Positions 9,011 to 18,124 are shown, counted from the stretch's first letter. The stretch is 64,000 nucleotides of DNA from Desulfomonilia bacterium (GCA_050014195.1 JBEKDT010000009.1:32001-96000), one strand, 5' to 3'. Translations and numbers: made by a program. The notes: generated by a model from the sequence alone, not told the origin.

Positions 9011-10219
9011 ATGGAGGAAAAACCAAAGATCCCGGTCGACATAATTCTGAAGCACCTCGCGGAAGATGCTGACAAGGCCCAGGACCGTGCAAAAAAGGCC
9101 TCCGAGGTGCTGCTGGGCCCCCTGGAAACAGCGATCGCCACCACCCCATACGAGGTTATCTACCAACAGGACCGTGTCAAGCTGAAACATTACCTGCCCA
9201 TGCGCGAACCATCGAAAGAGATTACCACCCCACTGCTCGTAGTCTATGCCCTCATCAACCGGGAGACCATGCTCGATCTCCAGCCTGAACGTAGCGTAGT
9301 GAAGAACTTTCTTCAGGCCGGTATCGACCTGTACATGATCGACTGGGGATACCCCACCAGGAAGGATAAGTTGCTTACCATAGACGACCACGTGAACGGT
9401 TATATGGATGACATAGTGGATCACGTAAGGGAAAGGTGCCGGGTGGACAAGGTTAATCTCATGGGCATCTGCATGGGGGGTACCTTTTGCGTGATCTATT
9501 CGGCCCTTCACCCTGAAAAGGTCAGAAACCTCGTGACCACGGTATCACCCACCAACTTTGACACCGACCAGGGACTGCTGCACATCTGGATGAAAAACGT
9601 GGACGTAGACCTGATGGTCGATGCCTTCGGCAACATGCCTGGTGACATCATGAACTTCGGGTTCCTCCTGCTGAACCCGGCTCGCCTTATGATCGACAAG
9701 TATGTGGGTTTTATGGAGAACATGGACAACAAGACCTTTGTGGAGAACTTCATCCGCATGGAAAAGTGGATCTTTGACAGCCCGGATGTGCCGGGTGAGA
9801 CCTTCCGTCAGTTCGTGAAGGACTGCTATCAGAAGAACCTCCTCATCCAGAGCAAGCTCTTTGTGGGAGGAAAACGCGTAGACCTCAAGAAGATTACCAT
9901 GCCCCTGCTCAATATCTACGGACTCTACGACCATCTCGTGCCGCCCGGGGCTGCAGACAAGATCACCGGTGCAGTGGGAAGCACGGACAAGGAGGATCTC
10001 TGCCTTGATACAGGCCACATCGGCATATATGTGAGTTCCAAGACTCAGAGGGAATTCACACCGAAGATCATCCGGTGGCTCAAGGACAGGGACACCCCAA
10101 AAAAAGAAGCGACCGTGAAAAAACAGCCCGTCCGCAAGACGCCTAAAAAGGCTGCAAAAGGCTCGTGGATAACCAGGACAAAGAATACCACCCGTTCAAA
10201 GGAGATAACCAATGCCTGA
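9011..10219 (+). CDS. phaC: Class III PHA synthase subunit PhaC
   Basis: PLLVVYALINR..MLDLQ, IDWGYP, lipase box GICMGG, MEKWIFDSPD, DHLVPP, TGHIG. Confidence 0.95.
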   Translation: MEEKPKIPVDIILKHLAEDADKAQDRAKKASEVLLGPLETAIATTPYEVIYQQDRVKLKHYLPMREPSKEITTPLLVVYALINRETMLDLQPERSVVKNFLQAGIDLYMIDWGYPTRKDKLLTIDDHVNGYMDDIVDHVRERCRVDKVNLMGICMGGTFCVIYSALHPEKVRNLVTTVSPTNFDTDQGLLHIWMKNVDVDLMVDAFGNMPGDIMNFGFLLLNPARLMIDKYVGFMENMDNKTFVENFIRMEKWIFDSPDVPGETFRQFVKDCYQKNLLIQSKLFVGGKRVDLKKITMPLLNIYGLYDHLVPPGAADKITGAVGSTDKEDLCLDTGHIGIYVSSKTQREFTPKIIRWLKDRDTPKKEATVKKQPVRKTPKKAAKGSWITRTKNTTRSKEITNA

Positions 10220-11264
10220 GAAAAGTGACTACTTCAAGACCTTCTGCAAGGTGAGCAGGGCCTTCGGCACTACGCTGAAAAAGGAAAAGGTGCTTGACCT
10301 CATTGTGCAGAGCGCCATTGAAACTATGGATGGCAAGGCAGCATGCCTCTTCTTCGAAGATGATCAGAAAGAAAGCGATATCTTTGTCCCCATAGCCCAG
10401 AAAGGCCTCTCGAAGAGCTATCTCCACGCAGAGCCCAGGGAGGCCAAGCGGGCTTCGGAAGAGATCATGAAGAAGGGATATATCGCCATACACGATGCCA
10501 CCACAGACCCTCGGGTGAAGACACACGAACTCAAAAAGAAGGAAGGGATCGCATCCATCCTGGTAGTGCCGGTCGTCGTAAAGGAGAGGGTAAAAGGCGT
10601 GCTCACCCTGTATACGGGTAAGCCCCGGATCTTTTCCGATGACGAGATCCTTTTCCTCACGGCGCTTGCCGAACAAGGCGGAATGGCCATTGAGCGGGCC
10701 CGACTCGTTATGCAGATCACACGGAACATCCGTATCTTTACCAACATAGCCCAGGGGCTTAACGAGAGTCTGGATATAAAAATAATCATGGAGCGTCTGT
10801 CCGTGGACATGGCCGATGCCCTTGGTGTCAAGGCGGTTTCCGTGCGGCTCATCGATAAGGACAAGGAGGAACTCGAACTTGTGGCCAGCCACGGCCTGAG
10901 CAAGAAATATCTGAACAAAGGGCCGGTCCGGATCGAGAAGAGCGTTACCGAGGCGCTCAAGGGGAAGACCGTGGTCATCAGGGACGCCACTACCCATAAA
11001 GAGGTACAGTACAAGGATGAGAAAAGGAAGGAGGGTATCGCTTCCATCCTCACTGTGCCCATCAAGGTCAAGGATGAGGTCATCGGGGTCATGAGGTATT
11101 ATTCGGCAGAAGAAAGGGATTTCACCGAGGGTGAGGTCATGCTGGCAGAGGCAGTCGCCAGCCTTGGCGGCCTGGCCATCCAGAATGCATCCATGTACCT
11201 GATGCTGAAACAGGATATACAGTGCCTCAAGGAGGACATCTGGAGCCACCGTTCGTGGTTCTAG
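10212..11264 (+). CDS. Tandem GAF-GAF domain protein without output domain
   Basis: Two internally similar repeats (GLSK.YL ... DATT ... KKEGIASIL.VP ... GGMAI/GGLAI). Confidence 0.85.
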   Translation: MPEKSDYFKTFCKVSRAFGTTLKKEKVLDLIVQSAIETMDGKAACLFFEDDQKESDIFVPIAQKGLSKSYLHAEPREAKRASEEIMKKGYIAIHDATTDPRVKTHELKKKEGIASILVVPVVVKERVKGVLTLYTGKPRIFSDDEILFLTALAEQGGMAIERARLVMQITRNIRIFTNIAQGLNESLDIKIIMERLSVDMADALGVKAVSVRLIDKDKEELELVASHGLSKKYLNKGPVRIEKSVTEALKGKTVVIRDATTHKEVQYKDEKRKEGIASILTVPIKVKDEVIGVMRYYSAEERDFTEGEVMLAEAVASLGGLAIQNASMYLMLKQDIQCLKEDIWSHRSWF

Positions 11265-11289
11265 GCTGTTATAATAAGGAGGGCGACAC

Positions 11290-11712
11290 ATGCTTGGCAG
11301 ATCGATCAATGAAATGAAGATAGGCGATTTCGCGGAATTCTCTAAGACCGTCTCCGAGACGGACATCTACCTTTTTGCAGGCATCGTAGGCGATTTCAAC
11401 CCAGCCCATGTGAATGAGGCATACGCCAAGAACACCTTCTTCAAGACCAGAATCGCCCACGGCATGCTCGCCGCAGGCTTTGTATCCTCAGCCATCGGCA
11501 TGCAGCTGCCTGGACCGGGCACTATCTATATCAGCCAGGAGTTGAAGTTCTTAGGCCCGGTACACATCGGCGACACGGTGACCGCCCACGTGGAGGTCTC
11601 CGAGATGAATATGGAAAAGAACCGGGTGAAGCTCAAGACCTGGTGCGTGAACCAGGACGGCGTGAAGATCCTGGAAGGCGACGCCATGGCAAGCCCGCCG
11701 AAGAAGGGGTAG
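11290..11712 (+). CDS. phaJ: (R)-specific enoyl-CoA hydratase, MaoC family
   Basis: GDFNPAH, RIAHGML, LPGPGTIYISQELKF; in the phaEC operon. Confidence 0.85.
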   Translation: MLGRSINEMKIGDFAEFSKTVSETDIYLFAGIVGDFNPAHVNEAYAKNTFFKTRIAHGMLAAGFVSSAIGMQLPGPGTIYISQELKFLGPVHIGDTVTAHVEVSEMNMEKNRVKLKTWCVNQDGVKILEGDAMASPPKKG

Positions 11713-12010
11713 CGATCGCCGTCAGAAGTTCTTCTTTCTCTTAAGAGTGTCATTATATCTGCGCAGCACCACCTTGATGCTGCGCAGATACTCCCTGCTT
11801 TGACCATTGAAGCATCAAAGAGCACCTCTTGATTCTTGGATTATAGAAATGCTTATGATATATTTAACAACCAGTTAGAATGCGATGTCATCCATGATTC
11901 TGCATCTGAGAAAATCTATGATTTAAAACATGGGAGGATGGACGATCTTGAATTTGCCAGAAGATCAGTTCCCATAATTCAGTAATGAACGAATCCACTC
12001 ATATTCTGTT

Positions 12011-12047
12011 ATACCGGAAAAAGACGGTATAGTAATTGTTCGCCTTT
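12011..12047 (+). other. attI-like cassette insertion site 2
   Basis: ATACCG-N7-CGGTAT inverted repeat then AGTAATT-GTTCGCCTTT; same GTATAGTWATT/GTT end as site 1. Confidence 0.5.
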
Positions 12048-12123
12048 ACTAATACTGCTGTATTGAACTCCATTGCCCTGCAACATGACAAAAACAAAGT
12101 CAAAAATCATTATTGGTTTCTGA

Positions 12124-12152
12124 TTGAATCTTATGCCTCATTTGCTTATGAT
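12124..12152 (+). promoter_or_regulatory. Cassette-internal sigma70-like promoter for the methyltransferase
   Basis: TTGAAT-17 bp-TATGAT ending 9 nt before the ATG at 12162 (near-leaderless). Confidence 0.5.
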
Positions 12153-12161
12153 GTCTGACAA

Positions 12162-13724
12162 ATGAATATATCTGCACTGACAACCATGGAGAAACAGAAG
12201 GCCGAGGCCGATGATCACGCCCTGCTCTCCATACCTGAAAATCTACGCATTAGCTTCTTCTCCTCTACATCCTCACCTCAACAAAAGGAACTCGGGCAGT
12301 TTCTAACGCCTCCACATGTTGCAGACCTCATGGCGACTATGTTTCAGGGTTTTTCGAGAACTGTTCGTTTACTCGACGCAGGGGCAGGCATGGGGATTCT
12401 TTCTGCTGCTTTTGTCCGCCGACAACTCCTTAGCAATACTCCGCCAAAACGAATCGAGGTTACAGCTTACGAAATGGATAAAGCCTTCATCAGTGGGCTC
12501 GAAAAGACCTGCGAAGCTTGTTGTGCTGCGTGCCAGGACAGGGGAATTGAATTCTATGCTACCATCCGGAATGCTGACTTCATTGAAGAAGGTGCAGAGA
12601 TGCTGCGTAATGATCTTTTCTCACAGATGCCACCATCCTTCGATGCTGCTATTGTCAATCCCCCATATGGAAAACTCTCCACAACGTCGGTGGCCTATCG
12701 CCGCCTACGATCTGTGGGCGCTGAAACAACTAACATGTATACTGCTTTTCTGAACTTGATCATCGGTCTGTTGAAACCTCATGGTGAACTTGTCGCCATA
12801 ACGCCTCGTAGTTTCTGCAATGGTCCTTATTTCAAGCCGTTTCGTAAACGTCTTATTTCAGAAATGTCGTTTTGCGATATCCATGTCTTTGAATCAAGGA
12901 AAACGGCCTTCAAGCATGACAGCGTCTTACAGGAAAACATTATTCTACATGCCGTTAAGTCTTTGCAGCAAACCCATACAATCCGAGTATCACAGAGCGG
13001 CGGCGGAGACGGAGACGCTGTTCAAACTTGTGTGTTTCCGGCTATCGAAATCGTATCGCCCCGGGATACCGAGGCTTTCATTCATATTCCAACCACCCCA
13101 AAGGATGTCGTCGCGCGCAATCAGATATCGCAACTTGAGGCAACACTATCGTCTCTCGGCTTGACGGTTTCGACTGGTCGAGTTGTAGATTTTCGCGCGC
13201 GGGAACATATCCGGCAAGAACCTGAGCGCTGTTTTGCTCCTCTAATCTACCCTTGCCACTTTGATGGGCTTTTTGTGTCTTGGCCTAAGGTGAACTCCCG
13301 CAAACCCAATGCGATTCTTGATAATGCTGGTACTCAAAGTCTCCTCATTCCGGCTGGTGTGTACGTCTTGACGAAGCGGTTCACATCTAAAGAAGAGCGG
13401 CGTCGGGTTGTCGCCTGTATTTATGATCCGAGTCGTGTTCAAGCAGAGCATGTTGGCCTCGAGAACCACTTAAATTACATCCATGCCAGTGGTAGGGGTA
13501 TTGACATGACCTTGGCAAAGGGTCTCTGGGCTTTTCTCAATTCGTCACCTTTGGATCTTTATTTTCGTCAATTCAACGGACACACCCAGGTCAATGCAAC
13601 TGACCTACGCAATGTGAGATTCCCTTCCGCCGAACAGCTTCGCCGAATCGGCCACCAAATTCTAGAAGAATCCATTGGCCAGGAAAAAATCGACCAACTC
13701 ATCAGCTGGGAGTTGAAATCATGA
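12162..13724 (+). CDS. N6-adenine DNA methyltransferase, M.BsuBI/M.PstI-like
   Basis: LGQFLTP, LLDAGAGMG (motif I), NPPY (motif IV), ITPRSFCNGPYF, VSTGRVVDFR, FNGHTQVNATDLR. Confidence 0.92.
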   Translation: MNISALTTMEKQKAEADDHALLSIPENLRISFFSSTSSPQQKELGQFLTPPHVADLMATMFQGFSRTVRLLDAGAGMGILSAAFVRRQLLSNTPPKRIEVTAYEMDKAFISGLEKTCEACCAACQDRGIEFYATIRNADFIEEGAEMLRNDLFSQMPPSFDAAIVNPPYGKLSTTSVAYRRLRSVGAETTNMYTAFLNLIIGLLKPHGELVAITPRSFCNGPYFKPFRKRLISEMSFCDIHVFESRKTAFKHDSVLQENIILHAVKSLQQTHTIRVSQSGGGDGDAVQTCVFPAIEIVSPRDTEAFIHIPTTPKDVVARNQISQLEATLSSLGLTVSTGRVVDFRAREHIRQEPERCFAPLIYPCHFDGLFVSWPKVNSRKPNAILDNAGTQSLLIPAGVYVLTKRFTSKEERRRVVACIYDPSRVQAEHVGLENHLNYIHASGRGIDMTLAKGLWAFLNSSPLDLYFRQFNGHTQVNATDLRNVRFPSAEQLRRIGHQILEESIGQEKIDQLISWELKS

Positions 13725-14707
13725 GCCCACCATCCAGCAAAGGCAAGCCTCTCGGTATGCGAAAGCTAAAAGAGGCTATGGCGATACTGCGCGCTGTTGG
13801 TTTTGGCCCAAAACAAACCAACGATGTCGCTGGATATGTTCTTCTGGCGCTCCTTGACCTCGGTCCCAATGAAAGTTGGGACGCTGCCCGTAACCCGCGG
13901 CGTGGTATCACTCCGATTATTGAATTCGTAGCCGGTAAGTACCGTTTACGTTATGCCCCAAACACACGCGAGACTATCCGCGACGAAGCCGTGAAGTATT
14001 TTGTTGAAGAGGGGTTTCTCATAAAAAACCCGGACGACCTGAGCCGACCAACGACCAGCGGCAAGACCGTCTATCAGATCGAACCTACAGCACTACGCTT
14101 ATGCCAATCTTTCAAAACGGACATATGGGACTCCACCCTTAAGCACTATCTCTCGACACGAGAAAAGATAAAACGTGAATTACAGCGGGCGAGAGACATA
14201 GCGCGCATCCCAGTGCTGTTGCCGTCTGGCGAGAAGATCACACTTTCGCCCGGTGGTCAGAATCCTCTCATTAAAGCCTTTATCGAGGAGTTCTGCACCC
14301 GTTTTGTTCACAATGGTGTTGTTCTATACGTAGGGGACGCCGAAAACAAGTTCCAACACTTCAAAGTCGAATACTTCAAGAGTCTAGGTGTAGAGATAGA
14401 CTCGGCTGCCAAGATGCCTGACATTGTTGTCTATGACTCCAAGCGTCAATGGCTGGTCATCGGCGAAGCAGTGACCAGCGCGGGTGTGGTCGACGGTAAA
14501 CGACGCCGTGAACTCAAAGACCTTTTCGGTGGTTTCCACAAGGGGCTTGTATTCGTAACAGCGTTCGATACGCGTGCCGTAATGGGACGTTTTCTCAGTC
14601 AAATTTCATGGGAGACAGAAGTCTGGATCGCTGAAGATCCTGATCACGTTGTCCATTTCAACGGTGAACGCTTTCTTGGCCCGTATCCTGACACTATAAT
14701 TGGATGA
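13721..14707 (+). CDS. BsuBI/PstI family type II restriction endonuclease
   Basis: YAPNTRETIRD, LSPGGQNPLIK, KMPD...EAVTS, ISWETEVW...P.H..HFNGERFLGPY; ATGA overlap with the MTase. Confidence 0.93.
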   Translation: MSPPSSKGKPLGMRKLKEAMAILRAVGFGPKQTNDVAGYVLLALLDLGPNESWDAARNPRRGITPIIEFVAGKYRLRYAPNTRETIRDEAVKYFVEEGFLIKNPDDLSRPTTSGKTVYQIEPTALRLCQSFKTDIWDSTLKHYLSTREKIKRELQRARDIARIPVLLPSGEKITLSPGGQNPLIKAFIEEFCTRFVHNGVVLYVGDAENKFQHFKVEYFKSLGVEIDSAAKMPDIVVYDSKRQWLVIGEAVTSAGVVDGKRRRELKDLFGGFHKGLVFVTAFDTRAVMGRFLSQISWETEVWIAEDPDHVVHFNGERFLGPYPDTIIG

Positions 14708-14715
14708 TCAAAAAA

Positions 14716-14772
14716 GGCGAACAAAAGGATGCATCGGACGGCTAAAGCCGCCGGTGATCCGCAGCGTTGGCG
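14716..14772 (+). other. attC recombination site 2
   Basis: R'' GGCGAAC; GGAT(G)CATCGG pairs with CCGGTGATCC leaving an extrahelical G; central CGGC-TAAA-GCCG hairpin; R' GTTGGCG. Confidence 0.85.
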
Positions 14773-14909
14773 CGGCGCTTTGGTAGTTGCAGTGAAAAAG
14801 CAGGGGGGGGCTTTCATTGGTTGGAAAAAGGGTACAGATTTATTTTCTCATAGCGAATAACCATGCCATCAATACAAATGCGGGCTGCCGCCCGTATCCC
14901 TGATCCGCG

Positions 14910-15494
14910 CTACTTTACGGTCTTTGCGCTGTGGTGTGCGGGTTTCTTCGCTGCGGCCTTGGCGGGTTTGGGCTTCGCCTTTGCTGGAGCAGAAGTCTTC
15001 GGTTGTGCCGCTGCGGCTTTTGAAGGTTTTTCAAAGACCGAGGTCGCGCTCTTCATGAAATCCTGATACTGCCTGGCCTGGTCGTTGATGAGCTCCTGGA
15101 ACCCCTTGAGCCCCTCGACAGGTGAGCGGAGCTTATCGTCCAGGAGGGTCCTCAGGTGGGCAAGACCTTCCTCCAGTTCGGCTATCCTCTTTTTTAAGTC
15201 ATGATTTTCCCGGGACAGCGTGATGTATTCCTTCCTGGGTACAAGGTCCATCATAATGGCGAGTTCGCTGAAGGATTTCTGGAAATCATCAAAGGCTTTA
15301 TGCCACACATTGAGGTATCCTGGGGCCTTCTCTGTTTCAGGATCGAGGCCGTACATACGGCAGAAGAGTGCTGTGATGTCTTTGGAGTCGCCGAAATTGC
15401 CGGAATACCACTTCATGATGTCTTCGAGCTGCTGTTGTCCCTTGGCTGCGTTGATCATGATGTTGCCCCAAAATTCGAGAAACTGCTTATCCAT
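14910..15494 (-). CDS. Hypothetical PHA-associated protein (PhaE-like coiled coil, Ala/Lys/Pro-rich tail)
   Basis: Start MDKQFLEFW overlaps the upstream stop; VPRKEY...LKKRIAELE resembles the PhaE C-terminus; tail KAAAAQPKTSAPAKAKPKPAKAAAKK. Confidence 0.65.
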   Translation of the reverse strand: MDKQFLEFWGNIMINAAKGQQQLEDIMKWYSGNFGDSKDITALFCRMYGLDPETEKAPGYLNVWHKAFDDFQKSFSELAIMMDLVPRKEYITLSRENHDLKKRIAELEEGLAHLRTLLDDKLRSPVEGLKGFQELINDQARQYQDFMKSATSVFEKPSKAAAAQPKTSAPAKAKPKPAKAAAKKPAHHSAKTVK

Positions 15495-17079
15495 GGGATT
15501 TCCCCTTTCCGACCTCTTCATCGAGGTCAAGCTGGAACCGTACCGGCCCTCGCATGCCATTTGCAAAGCGCTTCTGGATGGCATATTCCGTATCGGGCTG
15601 AGACCAGGTCGTGGCGATGGCGCCATGTCCCTTGGGAAACACGGTAACCTCGGCATCCACATAATCGAGAGGTGCACGGGCCGACTCTTTGTCCACAAGA
15701 TCATCGCTCTCCGCATAACAGATGAGGAACTTGATGCCTTTCTCACCGATCCGCTTGAAGTTGAGCTTACGGCCGAAGAGCTTTACCGGCAGGGTCCCGT
15801 CTGCGGCCACCGGAACCGTATATGAGTCAAAGCTCAACTTGGTGATAGCCACCGGTATATCCTTGCGGTCATAGATGAGCCAGTGGTTCAGCGCGGCAGC
15901 GGTCTTGGTGATCTTCACGTCCTTACCCGCGGGATCGTCGAACAGCATGAGGTCACGGTAAAGGGTATAGATGGGTGCCTCTCTGTCCATGCTCTTGAGC
16001 TTATACACCCAGCTCATTACCTTACCATCGACCACGGAGTTGCCGCTTGGCAGATCCTTAACGGCATAACCAAGATCACGAAAGCGGTTTGGCAGGTGAG
16101 CGAGATACTCGATTAAGGCCTTGCTCCTGGTGCCGTCCATGGGCGCCACACAGGTGATGAGCGCATCCACAAGGCCGTCCAGCTCGCCCGTTACAATGTC
16201 AAGGACCGCTATAAATCCGCCCTGGCAGAAGCCGTTCAGCGTAACAGGAAGCCCGTGTTTCTTCTTGATGATCTCGCAGAAATAGCGTGTGTCCAACGCG
16301 TCGTCTTCACCGGTCATGGTCTGGACCGCAGGGGTGGTCTCAATATCTTTGAGTACGCGCACATAGGTGGGAATACCCTGGTTGGCATACGCATGGACAT
16401 AGCTCTTGCCCTCACCGGGGAGAAAGCCGAGTATATTGACGCCAAGCACATACGGTGGGATGATCAGGATCGGCTTTGAGCGCTCTTTGACCTTGATTCC
16501 TTTCAGGGGGAGCACCCGGTAGAGAGTGAAGCGGTCCGTCTCGGCAATCTTCTTATAGCCGTCCCGGTCAAAATGGAATCCATATTCGGGCTCGATATCA
16601 TCGATGGCCTTGGGGTACTCATATACTACCTTTTCCAAGAGTTTGGCCTGGCGTTCCACGAAGGATTTTATATCCTCGCCTTCCCGCTCGAATATGGTAT
16701 TGAGCCAGGCATTGAATGCCCGGGAGAGCTCGTTCATGTGGAAATCGGTCATTGCCTTCATCGAACTATGAAAGCCTTTTTGTGCCACCTGTATGTTGAA
16801 CTGGAGTAGCTCGAGATAGTCGCGGATGCTCTCCTGGGGGGTGTGGCGCACAAGCTTATCCCGTTCCGTTACCGTGAAGGAGTTCAAAGCGATCCAGAAG
16901 GGGGTCATGAATTCATTGAGGTATTTGAATACGCCGTTAAAATATATTCCATTGGCCTTGAGCTTTTCCTGGGTGGCCCCGCCTATGGTGAGACTCAATC
17001 CCATGAGCCTTTCAATGCCTTTGAGAACTGCACCATAGCTCTCAAAACTTAAACCCGTTGCTTCCTTGATGTCTTCCAT
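15487..17079 (-). CDS. Divergent PHA synthase-like alpha/beta hydrolase
   Basis: PILIIPPYV, Cys lipase box GFCQGG, ESDDLV (Asp), KGHGAI (His); long helical N-terminal extension. Confidence 0.7.
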   Translation of the reverse strand: MEDIKEATGLSFESYGAVLKGIERLMGLSLTIGGATQEKLKANGIYFNGVFKYLNEFMTPFWIALNSFTVTERDKLVRHTPQESIRDYLELLQFNIQVAQKGFHSSMKAMTDFHMNELSRAFNAWLNTIFEREGEDIKSFVERQAKLLEKVVYEYPKAIDDIEPEYGFHFDRDGYKKIAETDRFTLYRVLPLKGIKVKERSKPILIIPPYVLGVNILGFLPGEGKSYVHAYANQGIPTYVRVLKDIETTPAVQTMTGEDDALDTRYFCEIIKKKHGLPVTLNGFCQGGFIAVLDIVTGELDGLVDALITCVAPMDGTRSKALIEYLAHLPNRFRDLGYAVKDLPSGNSVVDGKVMSWVYKLKSMDREAPIYTLYRDLMLFDDPAGKDVKITKTAAALNHWLIYDRKDIPVAITKLSFDSYTVPVAADGTLPVKLFGRKLNFKRIGEKGIKFLICYAESDDLVDKESARAPLDYVDAEVTVFPKGHGAIATTWSQPDTEYAIQKRFANGMRGPVRFQLDLDEEVGKGKSHG

Positions 17080-17113
17080 TGTCCCCCCGGATCATTGTGG
17101 CCGCAATAACTCT

Positions 17114-17404
17114 TTACTGCTGTTTTGTCTTGGCCTGCGGCTTGTCCTGGATTGAGAAATAGTCATCCACGCGCTTGAAGTTCTCATCAACGGATTTCTT
17201 GAATTCGTCGCGGCCTTTCTTGTAGGAGGTAACCCATTCGCCCATCACCCTCTTGAAGTCCTGCGGCACCCAATTTGCCTGGCTGAAAAAGGTGCTGAGC
17301 ATCTTCTCGGTCTGGTCCTGGAGCATGACCATTGCGTTGTAGCTGTTATTAAAGGTGCTCTTGTGGAAATCGATCATTTGTTTGACAACAATTTTCTGGT
17401 CCAT
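17114..17404 (-). CDS. Phasin-like protein 3
   Basis: Paralogue of the two upstream small ORFs (KQMI.FHK.TF.NS...LQDQ.EK...YKKGR..FKK); amphipathic; PHA context. Confidence 0.7.
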   Translation of the reverse strand: MDQKIVVKQMIDFHKSTFNNSYNAMVMLQDQTEKMLSTFFSQANWVPQDFKRVMGEWVTSYKKGRDEFKKSVDENFKRVDDYFSIQDKPQAKTKQQ

Positions 17405-17460
17405 GGCACTTCTCCTTTCCCTTGCTTTTTATCTTTTTAACCTGCCGAGCAGGTCTTTCA

Positions 17461-17733
17461 TCAGCTCTGTTTGAATCTATCGAAAAAATCTTCGACCTTG
17501 GCATACCCCTCGTCCATAGCCTTCTTGAAATCATCACGGCCTTTCTTGTACACACTCGTCCATTGGTCCAGCACCTTCCTGCCTTCGTCGTTCATCCCGG
17601 GGGTCTGTTCAACAAAGGTCTTCAAGAGCTTTTCCGCCTGATCCTGGAGCATGACCAGGGTGCCGAAGCTGTTGTCAAAGGTCGTCTTGTAAAACTGGAT
17701 AACCTGCTTTGCCATATCCTTTGGATAATTCAT
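17461..17733 (-). CDS. Phasin-like protein 2
   Basis: Same conserved pattern; AAGGAG SD before MNYPK. Confidence 0.7.
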   Translation of the reverse strand: MNYPKDMAKQVIQFYKTTFDNSFGTLVMLQDQAEKLLKTFVEQTPGMNDEGRKVLDQWTSVYKKGRDDFKKAMDEGYAKVEDFFDRFKQS

Positions 17734-17766
17734 GGCTATCGTCTCCTTAATCATGATCGGTAAAGA

Positions 17767-18024
17767 TTATTTGGCGATGTATTCCTCAACCTTTTTATAT
17801 CCGTCCTCCACCACCTTCTTGAAGTCTTCACGCCCCTTCTTGTAGGTGCTTACCAGGGTGGTGAAGGCCTTCTTTCCCTCTGCGGGGAGCCATGGCGCCT
17901 GATCCACAAAGGAGTTCACCATCTTCTCCATCTGATCCTGCAGGGTAACGAGCATGTTGAAGCTGTTGTCGAATGAAGTCTTGTGTAATTCAACCATCTG
18001 TTTCACGAGTTCCTTGTTTTCCAT
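17767..18024 (-). CDS. Phasin-like protein 1
   Basis: Same conserved pattern; GGGAGG SD; divergent from phaR. Confidence 0.7.
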   Translation of the reverse strand: MENKELVKQMVELHKTSFDNSFNMLVTLQDQMEKMVNSFVDQAPWLPAEGKKAFTTLVSTYKKGREDFKKVVEDGYKKVEEYIAK

Positions 18025-18072
18025 AGTTACCTCCCTTGCGTAATTACTAAATTTTTCTGAAGAACTTCTCTT

Positions 18073-18124
18073 ATAATAGTGGCAAAGAATTGTTTGTCAA
18101 GGGGGAATATGTTGCAATGCAGCA
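18073..18124 (-). promoter_or_regulatory. Phasin operon promoter with adjacent putative PhaR box
   Basis: TTGACA-16-TATTAT on the minus strand (18073-18100); TGTTGCAATGCAGCA at 18110-18124. Confidence 0.5.

Larger units (their letters stand above)
12038..14772 (+). mobile_element. Solitary integron gene cassette 2 carrying a type II R-M system
   Basis: GTTCGCCTTT (12038-12047) is the exact complement of AAAGGCGAAC (14713-14722) at the start of the downstream attC. Confidence 0.82.

Noticed and set aside
11756-11790. Perfect 13-bp inverted repeat TATCTGCGCAGCA/TGCTGCGCAGATA
   Set aside because: Most simply the phaJ terminator or a PhaR-like box; single copy, no U-tract, cannot be assigned.
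14803-14810. G8 run after attC2
   Set aside because: Intergenic between convergent genes; no evident phase-variable target.
15495-15746. N-terminal extension of ORF 14910..15746
   Set aside because: Overlaps the upstream gene; the true start is probably the ATG at 15494.
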